The notes: generated from the sequence alone by a model not told the origin. Shown: positions 10,312 to 20,779, counted from the stretch's first letter. The stretch is 64,000 nucleotides of DNA from Candidatus Binatia bacterium (GCA_963664015.2 CAXXLF010000001.1:736001-800000); one strand, 5' to 3'. A program made the numbers and translations.

Positions 10312-10533
10312 TCACTTATCCCAAAGTCTCTCAACAACTTCTTTTTGTTTCAGGGAAAGCTTTCTCCCCTGCGCCATTTGCCGAGCCAAACTGGTGACAA
10401 ATTGTCGCTCCCAATCGGTGAATTTTGGATCCCTTGTTTCTTCACTCAGGCAGGCAACCATATACTCTTCACGTGTCTTCTGCCGTTTTGCACGTTCCGG
10501 TTCCTTGGATATTTTGACTAGCTTTAGGGCCAT
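10312..10533 (-). CDS. Small hypothetical protein (TDWERxFV..GRKLSxKQ motif)
   Basis: 73 aa, ATG with purine-rich upstream sequence, protein-like helical composition. Confidence 0.7.
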   Translation of the reverse strand: MALKLVKISKEPERAKRQKTREEYMVACLSEETRDPKFTDWERQFVTSLARQMAQGRKLSLKQKEVVERLWDK

Positions 10534-10755
10534 GAATTCGGTCTTCCCTCTTTACATTGTTGTTTAAATAAAAAGGGATTCAACATAAGGCCCCAAGGAG
10601 TGAAAGGTCAAGAATAAAAGGTAACGTCCCAAAAACGCCACGCACGCCCCCCCCCGATCGGTTCATCCTTCGCCCCAATTGGGGATAAGAAAACGAGAAA
10701 CAGATTGAACCCTCGACCCATGCAAGTGGGCCCTCTGACACCCTTCGGTCGATTC

Positions 10756-11508
10756 TTAATGCCCGGGAAGATAGCGGGAACCACCGAGGGCCTTCACCTG
10801 CCCCTGCACCCAACTGGCACGTTGTAAAACGTACGCTGATGGCCTGACGGGGTGCATGCGCCCCGGGCTCGGGAGGACTGCGGCGAGGAGTGCCGCCTCA
10901 TGCTCCGTTAGCCTGGAGGGTGACTTTCGGAAGAATCGCCTACTGGCTGCGCCTATACCGAAGGTGTGATCGCCGAACTGAATAATATTGAGATAGACCT
11001 CAAGGATTCTAAGCTTAGGCCACGACAACTCGATGAGAACGGTGAAGTAGGCTTCCAGCCCCTTGCGCAGCCAGCTTCGTCGAGGCCACAGGAATAGGTT
11101 CTTAGCGACCTGCTGCGAAATGGTGCTGGCACCCCGTAGCCGACCCTCAGCCTGCTGCTCACGAATGGCATCGCTGATTGCCCCCAAATCAAAACCCCGA
11201 TGTTCAGGGAATCGCTGATCCTCCGCCGCAACAACTGCTATGGGCATGTTCGGTGAGATATCCGGCCACGTAACCCATTGGTGATAGACTTTTGCTCCCC
11301 TCTCGCCTGCAAAGAATACGGCGACTCTACTTTGGAGAATAAAAGAAGATGTTGGCGGAGTCACCCAGCGAAGGCATACAACGGCGCTCAAGGATGCGAT
11401 GAGAAAGATCACAAAGCTCTTCAGCAAGGCAAACACGATGATACGGAACAGTCCAGGTAACATTGAGGCCATAGTTGCGACCATACTTAGGTGTTCGAAC
11501 ATTCTCAA
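10756..11508 (-). CDS. mtgA: Monofunctional biosynthetic peptidoglycan transglycosylase
   Basis: GT51 motifs AAEDQRF, RGASTISQQVAKNLFLW, RKGLE, RILEVYLN, AALLAAVLP. Start may be ATG 11463. Confidence 0.95.
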   Translation of the reverse strand: MRMFEHLSMVATMASMLPGLFRIIVFALLKSFVIFLIASLSAVVCLRWVTPPTSSFILQSRVAVFFAGERGAKVYHQWVTWPDISPNMPIAVVAAEDQRFPEHRGFDLGAISDAIREQQAEGRLRGASTISQQVAKNLFLWPRRSWLRKGLEAYFTVLIELSWPKLRILEVYLNIIQFGDHTFGIGAASRRFFRKSPSRLTEHEAALLAAVLPSPGRMHPVRPSAYVLQRASWVQGQVKALGGSRYLPGH

Positions 11509-11933
11509 GATAAAGTCGGCATGGTGTAAAAGCTGAGGTATCGAACACTATTCGGAATTCCATTCGGGATAGAATCGGAGCTTAGCGGAACGTCAGTGCA
11601 CCTGCTGCAGTCGCGTTTTGGGAGGGGCTTCAAAGGCAAAACGAAATGACTAAATCGTAAATCTGGGCTGGACTCAATTATAGCGTCGTTAAATTGTGTT
11701 TTGAGAAGAATTTAAGGCCTGCTAGCTCGAGTTGACATCATAGGGCGTTATCAAATATGGTCCACACAAAACAGAGGAGGGCTGGCCCGTTTGCTTGTCC
11801 GGCACTCCCTTGGAGCTCTCAATGGTGCGGCGTAGGAAGCTATTTTGGGAATCTGTGATTTCTTGGCGAATCGGCTTCAAAAAGAAGTTACTATCATTAA
11901 TTTGATGCGACTGACGGAAAAGAGGAGATAGCT

Positions 11934-12581
11934 ATGACTCCAACTGGCCCGGAGATAGAAAAGTCTGCGTTGATCATTGTCGATATGCAAAATGATTTCG
12001 TACACCCCGAGGGCCAGTTCGGCATAATGGCCAAACAAAGCCCTGAGCGGAATATCGATCTCAATTTCCTATCGTCGCCGATATCTCGTATCAAACGGCT
12101 GGCTGCAGCGTTCCGGAATGCCGGCAGGCCAGTGATCTATGTCGCCCATGTATTGAAGTCCGACTATTCTGACGCGGCGTTTCCATACTGGCGGCGCGAG
12201 CGCCCTAACAACTCTCAGTTCATCGTTGAGGGGACCTGGGGTGCAAAGATCATCGACGAACTGAATCCAGAGGAGGGTGAGCATCTGGTGGTCAAGAAGG
12301 GGTACGGTGGTTTCAGTAACACGTCTCTGGACACGATCCTGCGCACTCTCGGCGTCACAACCTGCGTGGTCACGGGTGTCACCACATGCACATGTGTTTC
12401 GACGACGATTCGCGGGGGAGTTGAAAAGAACTACCGAATGATAATTGTTGGAGATGGAACCGCCGATACACAACGGGAGGCTCACGAGCACGAACTCAAG
12501 ACCATGGCCCGAGTCTTCGGCGATGTTAAAACGACAGATGAAGTTATTGATTTGTTGGCGCGGCGAGCGCCATGCAGATAA
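11934..12581 (+). CDS. Cysteine hydrolase (isochorismatase family, RutB-like)
   Basis: Asp-Lys-Cys triad: IVDMQNDF, VVKKGY, GVTTCTCVSTT; RBS GAGGAG. Confidence 0.92.
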   Translation: MTPTGPEIEKSALIIVDMQNDFVHPEGQFGIMAKQSPERNIDLNFLSSPISRIKRLAAAFRNAGRPVIYVAHVLKSDYSDAAFPYWRRERPNNSQFIVEGTWGAKIIDELNPEEGEHLVVKKGYGGFSNTSLDTILRTLGVTTCVVTGVTTCTCVSTTIRGGVEKNYRMIIVGDGTADTQREAHEHELKTMARVFGDVKTTDEVIDLLARRAPCR

Positions 12582-12713
12582 CCGAGTGATTCCGCGATTG
12601 CTTCAAACGCAACGAATGCGTCGTTGAGTTGCGTCTTGCGATTAAATTTAGGTCTGCTAGGCTGAGTTGACATGACTCCCCGTTATTGAATACTGTCCCT
12701 ATGAGGAGGATCA

Positions 12714-12941
12714 ATGGCCACTAACTTCACTCCAACCCTCAAGCGAGTTTTGCGAGAGCTGCAGACACTGAGAGCAAGGATAGACCTGCAGATCAAGGTG
12801 ATGCAGAGCGTTATTCGGACCTCCACGGTTCCCCAGACCAGGGGCCAACAAAGCACGAATAAGGCCCGTCCTTCCGCTATGGTCGGTTACGCCCGCGATC
12901 GCCGTGTCCTGACGCGTAAGCGTACGCAAAAGCTCCGGTAA
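12714..12941 (+). CDS. Small basic hypothetical protein with an N-terminal coiled coil
   Basis: Strong RBS AGGAGGA, upstream TTGACA at 12668, heptad LRELQTLRARIDLQI, Arg/Lys-rich tail. Confidence 0.6.
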   Translation: MATNFTPTLKRVLRELQTLRARIDLQIKVMQSVIRTSTVPQTRGQQSTNKARPSAMVGYARDRRVLTRKRTQKLR

Positions 12942-13219
12942 ATCTTTGCGACTGTCCATTCCTTCTATACATCGAATGAGCAGGCCCTCGTCATTTCCTT
13001 CGATCCTTAGGCCAGTAAGACGCATCAGGTTAGCTCTTGAATTGCGTCCAGGCTATTCTAGGCTTCGCAAATCCAGCCCCAGAGCGGCTTCCGGCCTGCC
13101 TAGAAGTGACATTTGATGAGATTGGTTCTGGGCCTGTAAATGAGTAAAGTTTGTAGAAAGGCTGATCTCGGTGAGGCCGGTTTTAAAATAAAGCGGGCAA
13201 CAAAGTTGAACTAACGTGA

Positions 13220-13702
13220 TTACGAAATCCTTTCCGTTTCGTAGGACTTCCTCTGTTTCTGCCACTCCAGAACCCCGTCGATAGTCTCCGCTGCAAGGGG
13301 GTCCTTGACCGGTGAGTGCCGGACGTTGGCCTCGGCGAAGAGTTCTTCCGGAGGGATTTCCAGGAAGAACTCGACGAAGGTGTCGGTTTGGGGTGTGAAC
13401 ACAGGGCAGTGATCGGTGCGCCAGCTTATGCGGTACATGGCGATGTGATCCGTCGTTTTCGAATCACCCTTCAAAATCTTCGCCTTGGCTTTCGCCACTT
13501 TGTCTCCGGCCTTGATGATAACTTCGGGGTGCGCCATAACGTTTTGCACCCAGTCCCTTTTTTTATTCGGATACGGAGAAGTGGCGATAAGCCGCCCGTT
13601 CCAATAGTAAATCCGAATCTGTACCGTACGGTGTTGCCCGCTTTTCCTCCCAACCGTGGTAACGTGAGGAACAATCTCGGTCCCGTTTGCAGGTGTATGT
13701 AT
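13220..13702 (-). CDS. Nitroreductase family deazaflavin (F420)-dependent oxidoreductase (Ddn/FDOR-A-like), non-canonical start
   Basis: The frame of ORF 13220-13549 stays open upstream: HTPANGTEIVPHVTTVGRKSGQHRTVQI..KRDWVQNVMAHPEV. Only ATA 13702 or CTG 13705 is available after AAAAGG. Confidence 0.75.
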   Translation of the reverse strand: MHTPANGTEIVPHVTTVGRKSGQHRTVQIRIYYWNGRLIATSPYPNKKRDWVQNVMAHPEVIIKAGDKVAKAKAKILKGDSKTTDHIAMYRISWRTDHCPVFTPQTDTFVEFFLEIPPEELFAEANVRHSPVKDPLAAETIDGVLEWQKQRKSYETERIS

Positions 13703-13729
13703 CAGTTCTACCTTTTAGATTTACTCGAT

Positions 13730-14812
13730 CTATCTACCGAACACGGTTTTTAGAAACGGTACGAGTTTAGTTTTAACCCGCTTGCGGTTCTCAATCCCAT
13801 AGGTCTTGACCGCGCCGGGCTGCGGGATCCTCCATGTCGGGGCGTGGTCCGTCGGCACGTCCAGGCGTTTACTGATATATCCGGTAGCTTTGACGAAGGG
13901 TATCTGCCCTTCCTTCGACAGAAGCCAATTGATATAGACCTTTGCCGCATTGGGGTGGGGCGCGTTATTGAACATCCCAAGCTGGCCGATACCCGGACTG
14001 ACGTCAGAGCCTTCCTTGATCTGGCGGACATCAACCCTTGCAATCGGGACTCCCTGTCGGATTCTTTGGTCTGCCATGCTACTGGAGAGGCCCAGACCCA
14101 CGGGATACTTGCCGCTACCCACATGGTCAACCTCTTGGCCATAGTTTTTCAAAATGAGTGGCTGTTGTTCGGCCAGCGCTCGAATAAATTTCGGCCCCAA
14201 ATCAGGATGTCGATAAAAGAAATCGAACGTGGCCTGCCCTGGACCGGGCTTGCGCGGATCATCGATAATGATTTTCCCCTTCCACTTGGGGGAAAGAAGA
14301 TCCTTATAGGAGCGAAATTCATTTGTGCCCACCACCTTGGTGTTCACGAAAAGAATGTCTCTCTGATACGATGCAACAACAAAGACGGACCGGTTCGGGT
14401 CAAGGAACTCAAACATTCCCTCACGCCAGTTTTTCTGATCTTTGACCTCTGGAAGGATGAATGCCGGCTCAAGGGGCGCCAAAACGTTCATGGGATAAAG
14501 CAGGACCTCCTGCGCACCGGCAACAACAAGATCCCAAAGGTAACGGCGTGCCCCCCGCTCGGCACTTATTCTCGGTGGAATCCCTGAGGCCCGGCCACCC
14601 AGAAAATCGACCTCAATACCGTACTTCTTCTGAAACGGTAAAACGAGAGCATCCCGCCTGTCCGTACCGGTAGGCCCAAACATCGCTACCCTGCCCTCTT
14701 TTTTTGCGGCCTTAACCGTGCGCTCCCACTCTTCTTGCCAGGCAGCTCTGGAATCTGCCGAGCTCATGAGTCCTACCAATAAGATACTTAAGAAGATTAA
14801 AGACCTCACCAT
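13730..14812 (-). CDS. ABC transporter substrate-binding protein (AfuA/SBP_bac_6-like)
   Basis: Signal peptide, AAKKEG, DLLSPKWKGKI, APHPNAAKVYINWLLSKEGQ. Confidence 0.92.
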   Translation of the reverse strand: MVRSLIFLSILLVGLMSSADSRAAWQEEWERTVKAAKKEGRVAMFGPTGTDRRDALVLPFQKKYGIEVDFLGGRASGIPPRISAERGARRYLWDLVVAGAQEVLLYPMNVLAPLEPAFILPEVKDQKNWREGMFEFLDPNRSVFVVASYQRDILFVNTKVVGTNEFRSYKDLLSPKWKGKIIIDDPRKPGPGQATFDFFYRHPDLGPKFIRALAEQQPLILKNYGQEVDHVGSGKYPVGLGLSSSMADQRIRQGVPIARVDVRQIKEGSDVSPGIGQLGMFNNAPHPNAAKVYINWLLSKEGQIPFVKATGYISKRLDVPTDHAPTWRIPQPGAVKTYGIENRKRVKTKLVPFLKTVFGR

Positions 14813-14877
14813 TACTATCTCCTCTCACACCCTTTATTTTAAAGCTAACATTCTTATTCTGATCGTGCTCGGGTCTG

Positions 14878-15957
14878 CTAGCGCCCCATCACTGATCGCA
14901 CGAACGGCCGTATCTCTTTCTTCATTCTAGCACGGTATTCCAGTCCATAGGTTTTGATGGACCCAGGCACTGGGACCTTCCAATGGGGGGCGTGATCCGT
15001 CGGCACATCCAAGCGAGCGCTAATGTACCCCGTTGCCCGGGCAAACTCGGTCTGGCCCTCTTTAGAAAGGAGCCAGTTTATATAGACCTTCGCCGCATTG
15101 GGATGAGGGGCCCGGTTGAACAGACCCACCTGACCCACAGCAGGATTAATGTCGGAACCTTCCTTGAGTTTACGCGGATCGGTAATCAAAATGGGGACTC
15201 CCCGCCTTCGTCGTGCATCGGCTGTGCTCTCAGAAAGGCCGATTCCCACAGATCTTTTGCCGCTACCGACGATGTCAATTTCTTGACCATAATTTTTCAA
15301 TATGAGCAGATCCTGTTTAAACAATTGCCGAATGAAGTCTTTGCCCAAATCGGGATGCAAATAAAAGAACCCAAAGGTGGCCGCACCTGGCCCTGGCTTG
15401 AGTGGATCGTCAACGACAATTTTTCCTTTCCACTTGGGCTTCAGGAGATCTTTGTATGATGTAAAATCCGATTCGCTCACGAGTTTCGTGTTAATGAACA
15501 ATTGACCGCGGGTGAAAGGGGACAGGACCAAGGCCGTCCGTCCATCATCTAGGAACTCGAATTCCCCGTTGCGCCAGTTCTTCAGATTCTTCACTTCCGG
15601 CAGGATCATGGCCGGCTCCAGGGGAGCCAAGACTTTCATTGGGAGCAATAGGGCTTCCAAGGCGCCTGCGACAATAAGATCCCACCCATAATGGCCTGCG
15701 CCGCGCTCGGCAGCTATTCTGGGTGGGAAAGTTGTTACCCGTCCCCCCAAGAATTCTACAGGGATTCCGAACTTCTTCTCAAACGCCTGCACAAGACCAT
15801 CCCGCCGGTCCGTGCCTGTGGGTCCAAACATGGAGACCTTGCCTTCTTTCTTCGCGGCCTTAACCGTACGCTCCCAATCTTCTTGCCAACCGGCTCTGGA
15901 ATCCGCCGAGATTAAGAGTCCTACCACCAAAATGCATAGAAGAATTAAATACCTCAT
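14878..15957 (-). CDS. ABC transporter substrate-binding protein, tandem paralog of 13730-14812
   Basis: Same motifs and a near-identical N-terminus. Confidence 0.92.
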   Translation of the reverse strand: MRYLILLCILVVGLLISADSRAGWQEDWERTVKAAKKEGKVSMFGPTGTDRRDGLVQAFEKKFGIPVEFLGGRVTTFPPRIAAERGAGHYGWDLIVAGALEALLLPMKVLAPLEPAMILPEVKNLKNWRNGEFEFLDDGRTALVLSPFTRGQLFINTKLVSESDFTSYKDLLKPKWKGKIVVDDPLKPGPGAATFGFFYLHPDLGKDFIRQLFKQDLLILKNYGQEIDIVGSGKRSVGIGLSESTADARRRRGVPILITDPRKLKEGSDINPAVGQVGLFNRAPHPNAAKVYINWLLSKEGQTEFARATGYISARLDVPTDHAPHWKVPVPGSIKTYGLEYRARMKKEIRPFVRSVMGR

Positions 15958-16049
15958 AGCCTCAATTTCCTTTCATCTATTAGTTCGACTTGTATGTCTA
16001 ACATTTTCAGATTAGTCGTGCTAGCGCTTTCTCGCTCTGTGGCCTTGTC

Positions 16050-18344
16050 TCACATTTGACCCGCCGCCTTGAGTGCCCGATATACTTTTTCTGCTGTGAT
16101 AGGTAGTCCTTCGAAACGTATGCCTATGGCATCATAAACAGCATTTGCAATCGCTGCCGTTATGGGCAGGTTACCAAGCTCGCCGGCGGCCTTCGCTCCG
16201 TAGGGACCTGGCCCTACTCCGTCGGTAATAAGCAGGGTTTGAAGAGGCGGGACGTCCTGAATGGTGGGGATCTTGTAATCGTGAAATCCAAGGGTTTGCA
16301 CCTGCCCATCCGCTAGCCTCAATTCCTCCGTCGTTGCGAAGCCCAAACCCATGACCATCGCACCTTCAATCTGACCCGTTACTCCGATGGGATTTAGGAC
16401 CGTCCCCACATCGCTGGCGACGACCACCCGACGAATTTTGACCTGACCGGTTTCCGGATCGACCTCCACCTCTGCCACATGAGCCACAAAGCTGGTGCCA
16501 GTCGGAAGCTTCCATGCTTCGAAACGGCAGCTTCCTATCACAGGATCACCGTCACTGCAGGCACGGGCTGCAACCTTGGTAAAGGGGATGGTTGTATTTG
16601 GTCGATTCCGGTTTCGAAATACCCCTTTGATAAGCTCAACTTGACCCTCGGGACAACCCAGATGCTCGGCGGCAACGGCCGCCAATTTACTGCGCACCTC
16701 AGTGGCGGCCCTCAGCGTTGCTTGACCCGCCACATGAGTCACACTCATACCCGAGCTTCCGCGATCCCAAATACCGGAGTCCGTACCGGTAACCACAAGT
16801 CTTACCCGGTTCAGCGGTAACTGAAGCTCGTGGCCGACGATCTGCACCAGAATGGTAAAGGGACCGGACCCCTGATCGTTGACGCCGGTCTTCAAGGTAG
16901 CACTCCCGTCCCGATGGACCTCAACAATGGAAGTGGACCCTCCAAAGCCGGCGACATCCTGACAGATGGCCACGCCCCTCCCGACGTTCGGGGGTTTGGG
17001 CCGTCCCCAGCCGGAGGCGCTCTTGACTGATTGCAGGCACTCTTTGAGACGAATAGACGTCCACGAATCACCGAGGGGCGCCGATTCACCTTCTTCCACC
17101 CCGTTCTTGAGCCGAAACTCCAGGGGATCCATCCCCACCGCTTCGGCTAAACGGTCGATATCCGATTCACATGCAAATGCCGCCTGGGCCCCGCCGGGCG
17201 AGCGCATGTGACCCGCAGGGACGTGGTTGGTATAGACAATCGTGCATTCCACTTTAATGTGCGGAACACGGTACACTCCGGCTGCCACGTGTAAGCCCCA
17301 AAGCCTGGCGTATGGGATGGGCTTGTAACCCGCGTAGGCCCCGCTATCCATTACCATCTTGACGTGTCGAGCCACGATCCTCCCGTCGCGTTTGAGACCG
17401 CTGCGAATGGTGATCCAGGCCCCATGGCGCGGGTTGCCGGACATGAACTCAGAAACACCGTCCATGACGATCCGCACGGGCCTGCCGGCTTCCTTGGAGA
17501 GAAAATAGGCCAATGGAATCAGCATGGGTGATCCCTTGCCGCCAAAATCGCCACCCACGAAAACCGGCTCGATGACAACCTTATCGGGCGGAAGATCAAG
17601 GTCCAGGACTAGCAAATCTTTAAGGGTGAAGGGCGCCTTATTGGAAGCCCAAACGCGCACGGTTCCATTGGGTTCCACTGACACCAAACATGTGTGTGGC
17701 TCGATGTAGCCCTGATGCTGGATAGGCGTAGTGTACTGATGTTCCAGTACCAAATCGGCCTCCCGAAATCCCTGCTCGATATCGCCTTTGCTCTTCTCTT
17801 CGTAGGAGCACAGGTTCCGTATGTCGGGCAGGTCCACCTTGTCTCCTACGGAGTAGTCGCCCAACTTGTATCCGTGGCGGTATTCCCGAAACCGTGGGTG
17901 CAAAAGAGGCGCATCTGGCGTCATTGCTTCGAAGGGATCGTAAACCGCGGGCAATTCCTCGTACTCAACTTCGATTAGCCCGCATGCCTCTTCAGCCGTG
18001 TCACGGTCCTCGGCCGCCACCGCGGCAACGGGTTCCCCTATGAGACGTACCCGTTCGAAGGCAAGGATGGGGATATCTGCAACCGCGCGTCCGAACAACT
18101 TTCCTTCCAAATTCTGTCCGGTCAAAACGGCGTGCACTCCCTTTAAGGCGCGCGCTTTGCTGGTGTCGATCCGGATCACCCGAGCGTGGGAAAAGGGGCT
18201 GCGGTGCAGAGCCCCCCACAGCGTTCCGGGAATTTGAACGTCGGCCGTATACTTGGAGCGACTCGTGACCTTGCCTTCCCCATCCACCCGTCCGACGGGG
18301 CTACCGATTGTTGAGACGGTATTTGTAAGTTTAAATTGAGACAT
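16050..18344 (-). CDS. Xanthine dehydrogenase family molybdopterin-binding (large) subunit
   Basis: HQGYIEPH, VGGDFGGK, GHMRSPG, GQIEGAMVMGLG, GPYGAKAAGE motifs. Confidence 0.93.
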   Translation of the reverse strand: MSQFKLTNTVSTIGSPVGRVDGEGKVTSRSKYTADVQIPGTLWGALHRSPFSHARVIRIDTSKARALKGVHAVLTGQNLEGKLFGRAVADIPILAFERVRLIGEPVAAVAAEDRDTAEEACGLIEVEYEELPAVYDPFEAMTPDAPLLHPRFREYRHGYKLGDYSVGDKVDLPDIRNLCSYEEKSKGDIEQGFREADLVLEHQYTTPIQHQGYIEPHTCLVSVEPNGTVRVWASNKAPFTLKDLLVLDLDLPPDKVVIEPVFVGGDFGGKGSPMLIPLAYFLSKEAGRPVRIVMDGVSEFMSGNPRHGAWITIRSGLKRDGRIVARHVKMVMDSGAYAGYKPIPYARLWGLHVAAGVYRVPHIKVECTIVYTNHVPAGHMRSPGGAQAAFACESDIDRLAEAVGMDPLEFRLKNGVEEGESAPLGDSWTSIRLKECLQSVKSASGWGRPKPPNVGRGVAICQDVAGFGGSTSIVEVHRDGSATLKTGVNDQGSGPFTILVQIVGHELQLPLNRVRLVVTGTDSGIWDRGSSGMSVTHVAGQATLRAATEVRSKLAAVAAEHLGCPEGQVELIKGVFRNRNRPNTTIPFTKVAARACSDGDPVIGSCRFEAWKLPTGTSFVAHVAEVEVDPETGQVKIRRVVVASDVGTVLNPIGVTGQIEGAMVMGLGFATTEELRLADGQVQTLGFHDYKIPTIQDVPPLQTLLITDGVGPGPYGAKAAGELGNLPITAAIANAVYDAIGIRFEGLPITAEKVYRALKAAGQM

Positions 18345-18808
18345 ATTTTTGCTCTTATGGGTGAGAATTTGACAGCTCCAGGTCCTTACCCCGTCACGGC
18401 CGGGAACTATAATACAAAGATCTCACGGGGTGCAAGGGTCAAGCCATACCGCCATTAGCTATCGGCAACGCTAGGGAAATCCAAAGGCGTTGACAATAGG
18501 GAAGTGAAATGGAAGCCATTGATCATTGGGGGCAGAGATCCCAGACGTCCCAGTCCAGGCGAGGTAGCTTTCACACTTTTTCATGTATGCTGATCTGGGT
18601 CCAAAGTTCATCTGGGCGTTGGCGCGGAGATAAACTCCGGTCTAACCGTGCTGGATATGAGATAAATTGTATTCTCATGACGGAGTTGTTACAGAGTGAG
18701 TGTTCTGACGTAATCCTTGGTACGGGTTTACTGATTCCGCTTCAGCGTCGGGCTAAAAGGCTACGAGTTATCATATCGTAATACACTTTAACAAAGGAGA
18801 ATCCTACC

Positions 18809-19887
18809 ATGGCAACCAAATATGATATCTCTGATTCCGACGGTCACGTGTACGAATCGGACGCTGACCTTCTTGAATTCCTGGACCCGCCGTTTCGAGG
18901 CAAAGAAGAGCTCCTGAGGCATCCACTCTTTCCTACCGGCGACGGGTGGCATCGGACCGGGGTCGCCATGACTGAAGGAGGCAGCTCCTGGGTGAAAGGA
19001 AAGATTACCGCCCAGAAATGGATCGACTTCTTGGATCAGGTCGGCATCGAGAGTACGGTCCTATATCCGACCTGCGGATTGGGAATCGGGGCAGTGGCAA
19101 GTCAAAAGTGGGCCGTCCTCCTTGCAAGGGCCTATAACAATTGGCTGCACGAGAAAATCCTGAGGGAGAGTCCCCGCCTGAAGGGTATCGCCATTCTCCC
19201 TCTCCAGAGTCCCTTGGATGCAGTCGAGGAGCTGAAACGTGCAGTGAATCAACTAGGCATGGTAGGAGCCTATTTGCCCGGCGGAGGTCTCAAGCGTCTC
19301 CTCGGAGATCCTTTTTATTACCCTGTGTATCAAACGGCGGAGGAGCTTGGCGTTATATTGTCCGTGCACACGGGGGTCCCGCAAAAGGGTCTGTTACAGG
19401 ATCTAGACCTCTTTGACCACCTGCAGGGATGCGCTGCCTGCTTCACCCGGTGGGACAGATGACTCAAATGACCCATCTGATGTTCAACGGGGTATTTGAC
19501 CGGTTTCCACACCTGCGGATGGCGTTTCCGGAGGCCGGCTCCGCCTGGGTCCTTTGCCTGTATGAAAGACTACAGCGAGAATACAAACATTGGGGAGAAC
19601 TGATCTCCGGATTGAGGCGGGAACCCAAAGAACACCTGAGGAGCGGCCGGCTATTCGTCGAGGCGGAACTCGACGACGAGCTGCTTCCAATCTTTGTGGA
19701 GAAACTGGGAAACCGAGGGCTTGCCTTCGCATCCGATTTTCCCCACTTTACCAGTCCGGAGCATACCGCCGACCGCATCAAAAACTTCCAGGAGCGCTCT
19801 GACCTTTCCGACGAGACCAAAGCCCGCATCCTGGGAGAGAACATTCGCGGCTTCTGCAAACGGGAGCCATGCCCCCCTAAAGCATAA
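18809..19887 (+). pseudogene. Amidohydrolase_2 family protein, frameshifted near 19427
   Basis: DSDGHV, AYNNWL and SVH in the first frame; GVFDRFP, EAG and FASDFPH in the second. Adding one G to GGG 19426-19428 restores HLQGMRCLLHP. Confidence 0.85.
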
Positions 19888-19962
19888 CCTCCCGTTACTG
19901 CACATGACCGTCGGATTGAGGAAAAACGCTCGGTTCCCGAATTAGGCGTTGAGAGAGTCAGC

Positions 19963-20679
19963 ATGAGAAAAAAGATATTCCAGTGGCTGGGTAAAGAATT
20001 TGTCGCCCTCTCGTGTGAAGGAAAATCAGGAGCGACGGCAACTGAGGAAATGCAACATGTATATAGTCGCTTCGAGGAAGAGCTGCGGGAACTGGGACTC
20101 TCGTTGGAGAACACGGTTCGAACCCGACTCTGGGCTAGAGATCAGGAAAGCCGGCATCAGGCGAGCGAGGTAAGGTTCAAGGTGCTGTCGGGCAAGGCAA
20201 GGGCCTCAAGCACCAGTTTCATTTCCAATACCTATTTTGACTCGGAGGCGCGGGTGGGCCTGGATTTGATCGCCATGAGACCATCAGAACCTGGTCTCAC
20301 AAAAAAGGTTGTTGAATATGATCCACCCAAGAGACCCTGTTGCTATGTCATCTACGATTCCTTTGTCTTTTTAACCGGGGAAGAGGCTGAAACGGACCTC
20401 CGACCTCCAAACCTTGCAGGTCAATTGGACAATATCCTTTCGGTCCTCGGAGAATCTCTGGTCCATGCCGGGACCTCGTGGAATCAAGTGGTCAAGGTCT
20501 CTTCATTCCTCCACCGCACCCAGAAACCTGAGACTCTCAAAGGGCTATTTGAAAAAAACCTCAAGGGAGTGATTCCCCAGATGGAATATGTCCCTGTCGA
20601 TGGCTTTGCCATACAGGGAGGAGTGCCCGGTGGGGGGGAAGGGATACTCGAGGTGGAGGTAACCGCAAAGATCCGTTAA
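19963..20679 (+). CDS. Tandem YjgF/RidA-like domain protein
   Basis: Two Rid-like repeats: GLSLENTVRTRLW, and FVFLTG..AGTSWNQVVKV..LEVEVTA. Confidence 0.7.
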   Translation: MRKKIFQWLGKEFVALSCEGKSGATATEEMQHVYSRFEEELRELGLSLENTVRTRLWARDQESRHQASEVRFKVLSGKARASSTSFISNTYFDSEARVGLDLIAMRPSEPGLTKKVVEYDPPKRPCCYVIYDSFVFLTGEEAETDLRPPNLAGQLDNILSVLGESLVHAGTSWNQVVKVSSFLHRTQKPETLKGLFEKNLKGVIPQMEYVPVDGFAIQGGVPGGGEGILEVEVTAKIR

Positions 20680-20779
20680 CAAAGACGAATCAGTGCCTGT
20701 CAAGCCCGCCCGTTGCGCGCACCACGCCCCAACCATTACAAGGTGGATCTCAGCAAGGCTCTTGTTAAGAGGGCTCTCC

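Noticed and set aside
11770-11835. SAM-I riboswitch-like words (GAGGG CTGGCCC, CGGCA, GGTGC) upstream of the cysteine hydrolase
   Set aside because: The conserved ATC..GAG 5' block, the kink-turn TGA and the closing GAT are missing.
16050-18344. Carbon monoxide dehydrogenase CoxL
   Set aside because: The active-site loop is GHMRSPG, not AYXCSFR or AYXGAGR.
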